A DNA stretch of 64,000 nucleotides from Azolla caroliniana. Its lineage: Eukaryota > Plantae > Polypodiophyta. Where the stretch lies: the NCBI GenBank assembly GCA_043228905.1, contig JBHGNT010000002.1, positions 9,548,001 to 9,612,000 on the forward strand. Reading direction: 5' to 3'. This document shows, in pieces, positions 40,049 through 53,700 of the stretch. The notes beneath the pieces were generated by a model. It was not told the DNA's origin and did no database searches. It saw nothing but the letters and a program-made list of their open reading frames with translations. The stretch's first letter is position 1; each line of letters opens with the position of its first letter. A program made the translations under genes and the position numbers.

Positions 40049-42135
40049 ATGGAGGCTATGGTACCCATCCCACCGAAGAACCCCCCCATTTCCACTACTA
40101 CTTCTACACACCAAATTATACAGAAGAACAACCTCAGGCAGCCTCCACCTTCTCTTCTCCTCTCAATTCCTGAAGCAAAGAAGAAAGAGAGTGGGCAGAC
40201 ACAAACCTTAGAGCAGAGCTTTGAAGAATCGCTTGAGTTGGAGGCACTCAGCGATATCAGTTATGCAGCGTCCAGGGCAAAGAAGAAGAGGGGCGGTGTT
40301 CGTCTCCGTCTTGCCCGATTCGGACGTAAGAATGCCCCCTTCTATCGCATCCATGCTGCTGACAGCAGATGCCGACGTGACGGAAAATTCTTGGAACGGA
40401 TTGGCTACTACGATCCGAGGCCGGGTATGATGTATTATTACGACCTTTTTTGGTTTCAATACAAGAATTAACCTGTAAACCCCGATTTTCCTGTATGCTG
40501 GTTCGAGGGTTAGGTTTTATCATCTTACTATCTACTTATTGTAAGAGTTGAAAACAGAAACACTCTTTCTCGTTAAACCCTAAACCTAAATACTTGTATG
40601 TATTTTGGATGAACTTTTTCCTTAAACTCTAACCCTACATTTTGTATGTTCTCATATTAGGATTAGGTGTTTATATATCTATACACATAAAATTCTTCAT
40701 CTTGAAGCCCCTACCTCTAATTTTTGTTTGTTTGAATTTTAGGGATAGGGTTTTCATTCATAGGTAACCCAAATTTTTGCAGGTTTAGGGATAGGGTTTT
40801 CATTCATAGATAACCCAAAATTTTGCATTATTTTGTTCTAAGAGTAGTTTTATCCTTAATTTTAAGAGAAGAAATACAATTATTTCTCTTGAAACACGAA
40901 CCTTAATCAAACAATGTGTTTCACGTTTAGGAGTTCTGAGATTATTCATTAATAGCAAGCAGAGTTTTGGTAGATTCAAAATAATAGATGATTTCATTTG
41001 AATCCCGAAAGTTAACAAGTATTTGAATTGTACACCCTAAATTATGTATGTGTCTACGATCAGGTCATTTGGATTGCACATAGAGAGCAGGAGTAAGCTC
41101 ATTTGTGGTAAAAGTGAATGTGGAAAATTCTAAGAGAGAATCAATTAGAGATATGATATGATATGATGCACTTTGTTTCGACAACGCTTACTCTAAATTG
41201 ATGCAAATGCTTAGTATACATCCAGGATTGTACATACTGTAGAGCATGAATAAGTCCTTTGATGGTAGAAATTTCCTAGAGAGAATCGATCCTTGTCCTT
41301 TTCTTTAGGATCTATGTCTGTGTTTTAGGACAGGTGCATTAGGTGTTTAGGTCATACAGAACATGAACAAGTTCATTGGATTAATGGAACTTCTTACCAA
41401 AGATTAAAAAAGTTAAGTCTTCTCTTAAAAAATTCTTTGTGCAACAATTAGTATTACATACTCCTAAGTAATTAGCGTTTATATGATTTTATATGCCAGC
41501 TAAAACGGTAGGTTTTTGAACTCCTTGGATTAACTTGTGCATGTGATATCATGTCATTACAATTAGATTCTTGTGCACATGATATGCTTATGGGTTACTC
41601 TTTCTATAACAGGCAAGGATGGGCAAAAGAGAATTGCACTGAACTTCGAAAGAGCTAAGTGAGTTACATTCCCTTAGATGCAGTTGTGCAATCATTCCAA
41701 TAAATTTTTGGGCTAGTATAAAAAGCACCCCTTGTAAATGACCTAATCTCTGTTGTTGACACTCTCGGTATTTTTCAGAATTATAAACACCAACCCTTAC
41801 TAAAAAAAAACATTGACCTATCAACTGATATATTCCCTTTTATTAATACTTGAAGGGGTACCTTGTAGATCATACAAACTATCATTGAATTTAATGTTTG
41901 CTTTAAAAGCTTAGATCTATATGCGAGTATTTTATGTTCTTGATCTTATGATTTTTCTGGAAGGTATTGGCTTTCTGTTGGAGCACAACCATCTGACACA
42001 GTGAGGCATATTTTCTCTCTCGCCGGACTACTTCCAAAGCCACCTGTCCCTCAGATGTCTACAAAAGGCAACAGTTTGGCTGGTATTCTTGAGGAAGAAG
42101 AAGAGATCGATGCTGAAGAAGAAGATGACCTTTGA
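40049..42135 (+). CDS. RPS16: Nuclear-encoded organellar ribosomal protein S16 (bS16); exons 40049-40424, 41613-41658, 41964-42135
   Basis: [40 protein letters not shown] / [16 protein letters not shown] / [13 protein letters not shown]; GT-AG introns join in frame. Confidence 0.93.
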
Positions 42136-43883
42136 ACGGCCCTATGGAGAACCTGAGTTGTTGGTATTATGAAAGAAATGTGGGGTTAATTCTTGGAATG
42201 GAATACATTCATTCATTCATGTTATTTTTTTAGGTTGGGGCCATACATGAATGAATAGTTTTTATGCCTCAATGCAATGTTGCACGGAGAGGTCTAGCCA
42301 TCTTCTTTCCATTGTGGTCGAGAAATCTTTGCAGACAGTTCATGTCTATATGGACTATGCTGTTGTCATCTATTGAGTTTGAAGTACCCAAAGGAAATTG
42401 AATAACATAAATTGTCGTTATCTTTATTTGGATGATGCTATCATGTATTTGTGCTATGTTTAGTAGGTAGACTAAATGTGAATGGAAGCTTAAAAGCATG
42501 CCAAGTTATTTGAGCATGTTTTTGAAATCCAACTTATCAAATGATTTTTGGAATGCACTTTGTTCATGTCTGAATTTTGTCACATATTTATCGGTCAGTG
42601 TTTCTTTGTCTAAAAACCAAATGTCCCAAATGGGAAATATTCCAAGTACTTTCACACATTGTTTCTACGAAGCCAATGAAGACATATGAAGAGACATTTA
42701 GGACGTTGCAAAGCATGTTTTGTGTTATGTAAAGTATAAGCTCTTCTTCCGATACATCGCTGCATTTGGAATGAAGCAAAAGAATAAGCATGTGTTTGTT
42801 TTCATAAGTTCGAGCATGCTATGTGTGTGTTTCAATTAAAGATGTTTGCTTGTGGTTCTTAGAGAATGTTGTCAAAGACACCACCGCAATATTCATCGTG
42901 GTTTATAGAGATTACTACTTTTAAGAAGCACAATCCAGCTTACAACATGTTCTTTTCACCAAACTACATTTACTTCTTGGTTGTTGGAGCTTATGATTCC
43001 ATGTACTTTCGGAGCTTCTCATACTCGAGAATTTGTAAGGAGTCGATTTCCTTCCTCTTTTATGCTCCTTGTTGCTCAGCCCCAATGCCCTCGTTATATG
43101 TCTTGTTGCGAAGAGGAGTGTTGGAATGGTGGTTGGTAAATAATCAAATTGCTCCATGCTCACCCAAATCAAATATCAATATGCGTGTGTGTGTGTTTGA
43201 AATGAATGATGAATGAATGAATGAAAGCATGTATGTATGTATGTATGTACAAACATATCATATGTATTTGCATGTATGTATGTATCCATGTGTGAAAGAA
43301 TAAATGTATGTGTGCATTCATGTTGTTAAAATTGTTGTTCTGTGTGTTAATGGCCACCTTAGTAAAATATAGTGGAAAGGGTTAAGGACTAAACCATTAA
43401 GTTGTATATAAAGATACAATTTGTGATCAAGCATTCCATCATTTGTGGAAGGTTGGTGGGGTCTACTACGTAAATGAAATGGTGGGGGGTCACACACACT
43501 TCTCTTTGCTGCTGTGCTGTGGTTGAAAGCTAGGCACGTTGTTGTGTATGCAAAATGATGGTCCTTACGTTTGATTTCTTCTTTCCCATAATAATTTGGC
43601 CAAAATGATTTCAGCTCTAGACTAGATAGGCGGAAGTGCTCATCTTTCTTTTAGTGAAGCTGCTAATATATACAGTTTTGATGGGAGGAAACACTTCAAA
43701 AAAGAAGTATGTAAAGCTTATCTATATACATAATGCTATATATATGTGTATTGCTACAAATATGTATGCAAAGCATTATGGGCATACGATATAAGATACA
43801 TACATACATACATACATACATTGTCTCTCTGTCTTCATGCTCTTCTGCTTGTCTTCTGCTTCTTCTTGCTTGACTTCACTTCA

Positions 43884-43888
43884 CAACG

Positions 43889-43923
<35 letters not shown>

Positions 43924-44008
43924 CAGAGGCAGGTGCACACGCGGACACACAGATACTCAGATACACAGACACACAGACACAGACACAGAGAAAGAGAGAG
44001 AGAGAGAG
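43884..44008. repeat. Compound (GAAA)n/(GA)n/(GACACA)n microsatellite upstream of the GrpE ATG; other microsatellites at 19433-19495, 20187-20210, 35313-35357, 36417-36458, 53508-53563 and 63411-63445
   Basis: Read directly from the sequence. Confidence 0.9.
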
Positions 44009-44012
44009 GGAA

Positions 44013-46331
44013 ATGAACGTGAAGCGAATCTCTGCGATTTTGGCTAGGGTTTCTCCTCCGCCTAAACCCTCCTCCTCCTCCATAACCTCTCCATTCCGTC
44101 TCCATCAACCTGCTTCTGCTTCTGCTTCTGCTTCCTCTTGTGTTGTTTCCTCGACCAAGCTCCTCTCCTCTTCACTCCAGGTGCGTGCTCTCTCCCTCCT
44201 TCCTCATTTCATTTTACACTGCATCTTGCGTTTAACACCTTTGGAAACCTGAGATCTGAAAAAACGTATTGTCTCCTGTTTTTTTTTTCAATATCTGTGG
44301 TGGTCAATCCTTCTTCCTCGGTTTTGGTATCGCATTTTCCTGTTTCTGTTAACGTTCCTTCCTTCCTGCTGATTTGATTGATTGATTGATTGATTGTTCG
44401 ATTTTCATTGCCATTGAGATTAAGAACTGTCTCATTTCCTCATACGCAAGATTGTTTGATGATGTTTGCTGTTGTCTTTCTCGTTTTATATGAAAGCCCG
44501 TGCCCCTATCTTCTCTTTCTCTACGTTAAGACCTTCCCAACTGAGATTATTTGTCAAATATACTCAAAACTGGATATGTTTTTAGAAGCTTTGTTCAAAA
44601 ACTTTGATGTGAACTTTTGCTACTCAGCTTTGACTGAGTTAATGATCAATTGTTTGTAATCTTTGCTGAGTCTCGTAGCTCATTATATAGTCTTTGAGAG
44701 ATGGTTCACATTTCCTTCCTTCTTTTTTCACGTTCTTTCTCCCTTGAATGCAGCAATTGCAGAAGCTATCGAGTGTGTCCACATGGATGTGTGTTGCCCA
44801 CCCTCGGTATGATATATTCTCAACACAAGCTTTGAGGCTCTCTACCTCTGCATCTCCATTAACAGACAAGGATGGAAGTTCTGACTCTCCTGTTGGAGAA
44901 ACCTCTGCTTCTTCTGGTGAAGAAGTGGTTGAGCCTGTTATACAAGGAAAGCATGAGGACGCGTCTTCTGGAAAAAGTGAAGAAGAATTAACTGGAAAGC
45001 CCGAATCATCTGTAATGGGTGAAGAGGAACAGTCTGCGAAGCCTAATAAAGAAGAAGAAGAAGAAGAAGCTATTACAAGGTCGATAGCATTGATCGAAGC
45101 ATTGATAGCTGAGAAAGAGGGTCAGTTAGATGATCTGCGAGAGAGAGCTGTATCGAGCAAGGCAGAATTGGATAGTGTGAGGACGAGGTTGCAACGAGAA
45201 TCGGATAACTCAAAAAAGTTTGCTATACAGGTTCTATTCTTTCCAGAGATTCAGAGGATCCATGGTTTCACTCTCAGGGAAAAAATCAGGGGAGGAAATG
45301 CCCCAGAGTTCTTCTTTACTTCTCCAAACACCCTTGGTCAACCCACGAAAGAGCAATTTTTGTGTGTTATTTGAGCAATGATATGCTCAATTGATCCTCT
45401 TTTTCGGGGGACGGTCAGGGGCTTTTGGGGAAATAAAGGAGAACTCAGGTGTATTTTCGAGTATTTCCACTCTCTTTAATATGGAAAATATTCGTATGTT
45501 TAAATCTAATCACTAAATTATGACTTGCAGGGATTCTCAAAGAGTCTACTTGATGTGGCTGACAATCTTGGAAGGGCATTAATGACTGTGCCTGAGGATG
45601 TTCGGAAAAGCCTTGCAACTGATCAGTCGGAGATTGGCCGACTCCTTCAAAGCTTACTTGAAGGACTAATGCTCACTGAGAGAGAACTGATGAAGGTATA
45701 AGATCTAGCATATCGTGTTTTAGATTAATTGCTTTAGAAATGGCTTGTTGCTCGATTTCAATATATGTAGCTATCATGATACAGAAGTGGGGGTCGGGCA
45801 TGCCACTTTTGCTAAAATCCTCATAAAGGATTCAGTTCTTGCCTAATGTATATAGGCTGTATAGGAGAAGAAGTAAATTAAGGTAGAAGAAAGGAAGTGA
45901 AGCTTTTATTGCAAGGAAATAGAAGTAGTTCTCACTTTGTTTTTTTGTTTACTTTACAAAACTGACCGACTTTTCTAGCTGAAGATAAAACTTTGTGTCC
46001 TATTCTTATATGAATTTTGAACGATGGTAGGTTTTCAAGAAGTTTGGGGTTGAAAAATTTGAACCTGTGGGTGAGCAGTTTGATCCAAACTCACATCTTG
46101 CTTTGTTTGAAATGCCTGACCCAAGCAAAGAACCAGGAACTGTTGCTGCTGTGGTGAAGGTAACCCTGATTGCTTTCATTCAGTTAAGCTTAGAACTAAA
46201 GGAATAAATGTCTTTTTTTTATGTAGGTTAATTTCAGATTCTTATATATCCTGATATTGCAGGTTGGGTATATGTTACATGAGAGAGTTTTGCGACCAGC
46301 TGAAGTTGGTGTTGTGAAGAGCTTGGACTGA
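44013..46331 (+). CDS. MGE: Mitochondrial GrpE nucleotide-exchange factor (Mge), ~335 aa; exons 44013-44180, 44754-45230, 45531-45695, 46031-46159, 46263-46331
   Basis: Ser/Arg-rich presequence; KKFAIQ/GFSKSLLDVADNLGRA; FDPNSHLALF..PGTV; GYMLHERVLRPAEVGV; all introns GT-AG, phase 0. Confidence 0.95.
45306..45446 (+). other. Long fold-back in GrpE intron 2
   Basis: 45306-45339 pairs with 45413-45446 at 31 of 34 positions, including 5 G-U pairs; inner TTGAGCA/TGCTCAA stem. Confidence 0.7.
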
Positions 46332-49300
46332 GTTGAGGGGGAATGAGTAGGGAATTGAGTGTTCCTTGTTTCTCTTTTATATGTTATCCCATTTAAATGA
46401 TTAGATAGGAAATTTTAACCATGATATTTATAAGTCCAGATGACATTGTTGCTAGGTCAATGAGGTTCCATCAATGAAAAGGTCCTGGTTGTCACTCATA
46501 GCTAGGTATTAATTGAAATTTTATCATTGATAGTTTGATTTTGTTTTTTTGTGTGGGGTCATTCATGTTTATTGTTTACAGATGGAGTTGGAGTTTTTAA
46601 AGATTTTGATCCTTCGGCTAAATTATTTGAGGTGGAGCTATAATGTTTGGATGTATATGCAAATAAACTATTGAATGACATTCATTGATGTGGAAAATTT
46701 TGGTCGCCCTAACTCAGTTTAAGTAATTATCATAGATGCATTGGTAATCATGGAATTGAGCCACAAATAATAATGTCATTTTAGGAATTTTTGTCATAGC
46801 GGCTTGTTTTTGGAGATACCAATGTAGAACCATGCTTTATGGCAGAAGATTAGTATTCAATATATTCACTGAAAGTACATGTAAGACTACATCAAGCAAT
46901 ATCTGTTTATAGAAACTGTTTTTTTTGGTTCAGATAATGAAGAAGATTTTAGTTCTATGGATTATACTTCTCTTTGTAGATTGTCTCCGTATGGTATATG
47001 CTGCATTGCGCACACCCACATTGTGAGTGTTGTCAGAAAACCAGTCTACCTGGTGCCTTAATAGCTGGTCGTCATAGATTCACCTTAGGGAAATTCCCCC
47101 AAGAGTTTTTGGTAACATCAAAATGGAACGTGTTATATTAGTAGGGAATGAAACCAATCAAAGCACCTTGACTGAGGGGCAATAGTGCAATAGTGTAGGT
47201 GCTGATTGAAACACTAGTAATAGAGATTTGAAAACCTTTATGGAAGTGTTTGTGTTATATAAAAGATGAGAGAGATCAGTAGATATAGGCTGTGCTCTGG
47301 ATCAATGCAATGATCTAATGGCTTCCTTCACATCAGTTTGTTGATGGAAATCAAGCAATCACACCCTAGTATTCATGTGGTAGGCAACAATGGGTGTTAT
47401 TTATTATTAACAAAGTCTCTTGATTTCACAAATATAGAATGGATCTAAACCTTTAATTAACTAGTTAAGCGTTGATGCCATTGATAAATCAATAAAATGA
47501 AATTAACAACTATGGAAAGTATAATGAAATTGAGGAACTTAAGTTAATAAAAACCAATGGTTTATTCTAAGAATAGTTGAAGCTTACAATGGGTAGGTGG
47601 ATATGAGAATTTATTAGGCTTGGTAGGAGGTATTATGTGGTAATACTAGAGGTGGAAGAAGTAAAACGCTTATGGAATTTGCTTTTGGTACTTGTTTTAA
47701 AACATGTTTTCTTAAATCACAATTGTAAGTCTTTTGGTATATATATTCCTTAGTTTTGTTAGTTTTCATTGTCCATTTTCATCTCCCAAGTTCGCTTTGG
47801 TAGTGAAGTTTAGGTGTATGGGTGTCCATGTTAGGCTTAACATTCACTTTGAACTATTAAGGTCAACATTGCAATGGAATTGTAAGTGACAACAATAATT
47901 GGTCGAGCTAGGTTTAGAGGGTGAAGGTGGTAGGGAAGGGGCCTAGGAGTGTGGTATAACATTACGTGAGGACATGACAATGGGGTAGTGATCGGCATTT
48001 AGAATTAGTTGATAAATGAAAATTTGCATGGTAGATGTGAGTGAGTGGGAGGGGTATGATGCATGGGGCTTCTCAGCATTCAAATTGAAGATGTTGTTTA
48101 TCACCAATTTATAGACTAGCAATCTTGACGCAAGGTGAGACGGTGTCATGTAAACTCGTGTGCGTGCGCTAATTGAGGGGGATTGCGAGGGACTTGAACT
48201 AAGGAGGACAAGATACAGTTGTGTGAGACAACCTTTAAACCCTTTTGTGGATTGGCTTGTGTAATTTCCTTGTTAGAGAATTAATGTTATCAGGGTTGAA
48301 GATTTGAGTAGAGGAAAGCTTAGAGTCAAGTCAACAAAACCCTAGACTTCGGGAAACTTAGACTTGTGGAAAGGAAAGCTTGGAGTCAACTCGTGGAAAG
48401 TCTCGACCCGAGGAAGTTAAGGCTTGACTCAATTGAAGGGAGCTAAGGGTTGACTCAAGAAAGCTCGGGCCCAAGGAAATCCTCCTTTCCTCGATGCCAC
48501 AAATAGATCTCGTCCTCTTTCTCTCTCTTTCATGATGGAAGCGCTCAAGTAGCTAAGTACACTTGTTTAATACAACAAAATTAGATTAAGACAACATCCA
48601 CTAATTCACTCACAAAAAGAAAATCCTTGTCTTCAAAATAATTTATACAAGGAGTGGTTACAATGGGGAATGCAAAGAGATGTTTACCAAGGAATATAGT
48701 TGCATAGTAAGGGAGTAAACTAGGAGGAAGAGGGATTGAAGGAATGGCTTAAGTTTCGGGTGCATGAGCTCACGAGCAAAGGCCATCACGCCTTTTGTTG
48801 TTGTAGCTTTCCACACCCTCTTTCACATCCTCCTTTTGTAGTTCTTCCTTTCACCATTTTTCTCCTTTTTTTTGGAGCAACAAACCTAAATGAAATAATC
48901 TTGGAAGAGGAAGTTTACACACCACCAACCCTAAAACCAGTCAAGTAAGAAAAAGAAGAAGGAGAAGGAATGTGGGAGTAGAGAAGAAAGGGGAAAAGGA
49001 ATGTGCGACAAGCGACATGATATTGAGAGAAAAAGAATGAATTGTACTTATGATTTTGTGGCTGGTGTTTTCACCTTGATTGGGATCAAGATGAACAATT
49101 GTATTTATACATGTTCTTAAGAACTGCATGTAGGCAAATAATATTCTAAAAATAAGCATGCATGCTCTAGAAGTTTGTATTATTTTCCAATGATTTCTAG
49201 AATGACGAAACTACTCTAAATGTATAAGTATTATGTTATAATCACATGATGTATTGGCTATAACACTTGGTTAGGAGATATGAGGATTGTTACGTGCATA

Positions 49301-49773
49301 ACCATAATTGATCATGAGATAGGTTTTCCGTAGTTTTTCCTAATCTTATGATGAGTACGTGGAGGTTAATTATGAAATGAAGGAGGGTGTGAATTGTATT
49401 ATTCAGTTTTACAATGTGGGATAACTATTAAGTGTGCTATCACTTGACCACTTCAAATGAAGCAGCAAAGTGAGAACACACTAGGGCCTAGGGTTGTGCA
49501 TATATAAGTAGTAGGTTAACTACCTTTTTATCAAGGGAGGGTTGACTTATGTTGAAACTTTGATAGTATGGCTATGGCTTTGGTTAGCTATGGGCGTGCA
49601 TTCCTTGCAGAACCCAAGGTACAAATCACATCAACCCTCAATGATATGGAACATTGAGGAGGTTTAGGTCCATCTCACGATGTTGCTAGGGAGTAATCGG
49701 GTGGTTTGACACCCCTCTTTCTTTTCTTTGGTCAATAGTTCCTTATGTTTTATTTAATTAATTTTTAAACTCT

Positions 49774-49791
49774 AACAGTTGGTATCAAAGC
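49774..49791 (+). other. Probable LTR end plus tRNA-iMet PBS of an old, unresolved LTR element
   Basis: ...taaca gt TGGTATCAAAGC; no partner LTR or ORF recognised. Confidence 0.45.
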
Positions 49792-50315
49792 ATACTAATT
49801 TTTTTCATGTTTTCACTTGTTTTATTTTGTTATTCTTGGAGCAACAAACAAGGCAATACCTCTCAATCCGGGAACTAGTGGAGCCGGAACTTCGGTATTT
49901 ATGCAAATCTCCCTCTCTCCCTCTCTCTCTTCTTTCTTATCATATATTCTCTTGATTATGTGTTACAACTATGTCTTCGAATTCTATTTGTGTTCTTTAT
50001 GGGATTACCTTTACATCGGTGTGTATGGCTGCGGTTTTGCATCCATATTTTTAATCATCTCGAATAATTTGATTCGCATCAAGCTATGTTTGACAAGAAC
50101 TACCTCGCCTATAGGGAACCCAAAACAAGACAAAAATCAAAATAAATTAAAAAACAAAACTTGCTTTTTTTCTCGATGGATATGCGTGAGATAACAATAT
50201 CATATGTTATATATGGAGTGATTTTATTTTCTATATATGATATGTTTTTTTCTGGAGATATATCTATCCTACATTCACATGCTATGTATATTTGTCATTT
50301 TAAGCTATATGGAAT

Positions 50316-50585
50316 GTGCTTTTCCTAGTCGATATATATGTATATATATATATCAGTAGGTAGTTAGTTGTGCTTTTTTCTAGTCGGGAGTTGGGTGAGC
50401 TTTTTCCCAGTCGATAGTTGGGTGTGCTTTTTTCTACTTGATATCTATTGCTGCATATATAGATTTTCCTAATGCACAATAATGCTTCTTCTCAGTGGGT
50501 TATGATCTCTATAAATGTCTATCCATTGCTCCCACTAGTGCTTTTTCTATCCACAACTCACACTAGTGGTTTTTCCCGATTGGAT
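50316..50585. repeat. Degenerate ~27-bp repeat cluster (GTGCTTTTTCCTAGTCGAT-like)
   Basis: Copies at 50316, 50370, 50397 and 50424; weaker copies near 50482, 50538 and 50566. Confidence 0.65.
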
Positions 50586-53414
50586 ATGAGATATGTATAT
50601 ATCTATCTTTATATATATCCCTAGCTCATGCTACAACACCCACCATTCACGTGTTTTCAAGGAATGATACACACAATATTTTTAGAAAAATACATATATT
50701 TATTTTCCACACATGATTTCTTGGTTTATACGTCTGACATCCCGACACTATAAAATAGAGCACCATACATACGTTACTCCTCGTTTCCCAATAGTGCATC
50801 TTTTGACATGACTAAATAGTTTCCCTAGTTCATTTCGTATGTTCCATGTCCAATCATCGCAATGTTATTGGGTCATTTCGGTAAAAACGAAAAGCTTTTA
50901 ACTGAGGGCAACCCTTTTTCGTACATGGCCAACCTAAGGTCATGAATCAAAGTAGTTGCCCAATTCACATGACTTGGGCACGAACATTGGGAAAACAAAA
51001 TTCTTTTGTTTCGAGGACATATATTGTAGACTATATTACACACAATCTTGGTCTATCTTACATATCGCGATACCCTATTCAAATTTGCCACTCAATGTTA
51101 CATGTCCATTGCAATGTGATACTCAACTTTTGCTAAACATTTTTCACAATGTTCTTGGAAGGAATTCAAGGTTACAATCACATGGTCTTAAATCATGGTC
51201 AAATACGGGAACACACCTTGGCTTATCTCGTTCATCTATATAGAGGGATCTTAAACCACCATATTATGCATATAAAGAGAGACTGAATAAATCATGATGT
51301 GTAGTTAGTATGTAACAAACTACCAATTACGATATACTCTAATGTTCTTTTCAACGGGTGCACATTGGCAAACATATGCATGTACTCTTGCAATATATCA
51401 ATGTGGGCACATTGATTGCATTTCATTTAAGAAAATGTGTGTGCGAACAATGCCTCTAGGTAGACAACATGGTTGAGCCTAGGGGAGCTGCCATGAAAAT
51501 TCAAAATAGAGATAAAATAAAGACATTTTATGCCACCCCCACCCCCGTGTTTTTTAAAACACCTTAGTGTTACCACAATATCTTGATTCTCGAAACTTAT
51601 CTCATATGTCTCGAGGGGTATCTATGTGAGATAATTTCTTGGATATTGTTTGTTGAGCATAGTTTAAACACTTTTATGTTAGAATGATTGCCTAAGTTTT
51701 GCCAACTTATGTGTAAACACACTACAATGGCTCACATCAATTACTTGGTCATGATAACACAGGATACTAACTCTATTATTATTCATGTTATGACATATTC
51801 ATATATACTTAGTTAAGTTGAGTTTTGTTTGAGTCATATGTGGATGATATCCACTTAATATGAAGACTGCATGGTGAACTATGAAAGACCTTGAAGCCTT
51901 ATATTACGAGAAATAAGAAGGAACAACCAAAGAAATTTTAACACTTGGTTTTGCTAGATGTGAGTCTCATTTCAAGCTCCATCCCAATTTCAATAGTTCC
52001 AAAACTGTTTGTTTACTATATTGTATTCAAACTTGGAATATAATTGCCTTGTGCATAATAAGGATCTTAGAAAACCTGGAAGACCAAGTTGAATACATCA
52101 TTTGAAACATTCATTGAGGAAGGACGGTAATAACCCCTTGTTTATATTCCTAATTAGTAACAATTCATTGGAAAACACAAGACTCCCAATGAATTCTTTT
52201 AAACAACTGTAAGCGATTTACTCTTTCTTGTGCATTTAGAAAAGAAGGTTCAAAATTTAGAGTAATGCCATAAGCTCGAGCAAATGCATTAAGAACAAAA
52301 GGCCATTCTTTGGGCCTTTGTCCAATCTTGATTTCTTGAGGTTGATATTAAACATCTAAATAACTTCCAAATTGCCAACCTCATTTTATTGGCTTCCTTA
52401 GCATAGACTTACCAATTGATCTTTGATATAATTCTTCTTTGACTTTGGTTGTACTTTATTTAGTATGTTATAAACATTCTTATCTTTTTGTACATCTTAT
52501 CTTAAACATTCTAGTTTCCAATGAAAAAAGATTGTTTTTTTACTCTTATTAGAGTTTTGAGGTGTTCTTTCTAGATAACTACCACCTATGCCAATACTTA
52601 CACACATATTTTTAACCATAATCTTGATCTCATACATGATGTTACACCTTTTTCTATTCCTTTGTATTGACTTAGTCAATCCAAAGAAGATGAGATCGAT
52701 CATAGACTTGAGAATCATTAAGAATGGATACATTCGTTATTGTATGGCATTTGGGGGTAAGTAAGTCCTATTAGATGTGAAATAGGATGATAGTTAGTGA
52801 TTATGTATCACATATTGCAATTTGAATAAAGTATTGTCATACCATCAAATTAGAATTTTATGGCAATGATGTTTTAACATCAGTTACTTAGTTTGGGCAT
52901 TTGAGAGAGGATTACGAATTGGTCTTTCTCAAATAGATAAATTGAAACTCTTGTCAATCCCTTGTCATGTACAAAAGTTTGACCATTCCTTGATTATGTT
53001 GAATTATTGTAAAAATCTATTTGCAATAACTCACAATTAACAATACCGTTTGGTAACCTCTTATAGGTCAAACATGCAAGTCAACAAGGCTTAATTATAC
53101 TTGAAGAACATGTATGACAATCTCCTTCATCTAAATTACATGTTTCATTTGTGAGTAGGAAGTTTTCTTCTACTCAATATCAATTCATAGTTCACTAATA
53201 GAACTATTTGGTATTTAGAATGCACAATGAAATAGGGAGATACTACCTATATGGAAACTACAAACCGATAGTCCTTGAAATATTATGTGACCAATGGAAG
53301 CTCATGGGTTTTATGGCACAATGGGTGAAGCTCATTAAAGAATTTGCTTTTACATTAGATAGTTTTAATTAATGGACCGATAGTCCTTGAAATATTATAT
53401 GCCCAATGGAAGCT

Positions 53415-53513
53415 TGTTGGAGATAATGTGTACGCGATGATGCGGAAGCGTGATTTAGGACCTGGTAATTAGTCTAGCAAACAATGCAAGTGGAGGTATG
53501 CACTATTACACAC

Positions 53514-53557
<44 letters not shown>

Positions 53558-53700
53558 ACACACATAGAGGTGCTCAAAGAAGACTATGTTACATTAACCC
53601 CCAAACCTTTCTTTACAAGGTAAGTAATCCAGGTTAACTATGTGTTCACACTAGAGATACAAGAAAGGTGGAGTAGGACTTTTATCCAACAAACTCCCCC
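53415..53700 (-). mobile_element. Short LTR-like unit (53415-53691) with adjacent PPT (GGGGGAGTT on minus)
   Basis: TGTTGGA...TCCAACA inverted ends; aactccccc follows, as at the Copia-B 3' LTR; internal (CA)n; no partner LTR in the window. Confidence 0.6.

Noticed and set aside
40737-40828. Telomere-like repeat in RPS16 intron 1
   Set aside because: A local ~45-bp duplication with isolated TAGGG motifs, not a TTTAGGG array.
45306-45446. miR395 precursor
   Set aside because: Only scattered short similarities (CTCCAAACAC, GAACTC); no contiguous mature miR395 sequence.
46400-49700. Possible genes in the AT-rich region after GrpE
   Set aside because: Only short ORFs with no motifs; probably old TE debris that I cannot classify.
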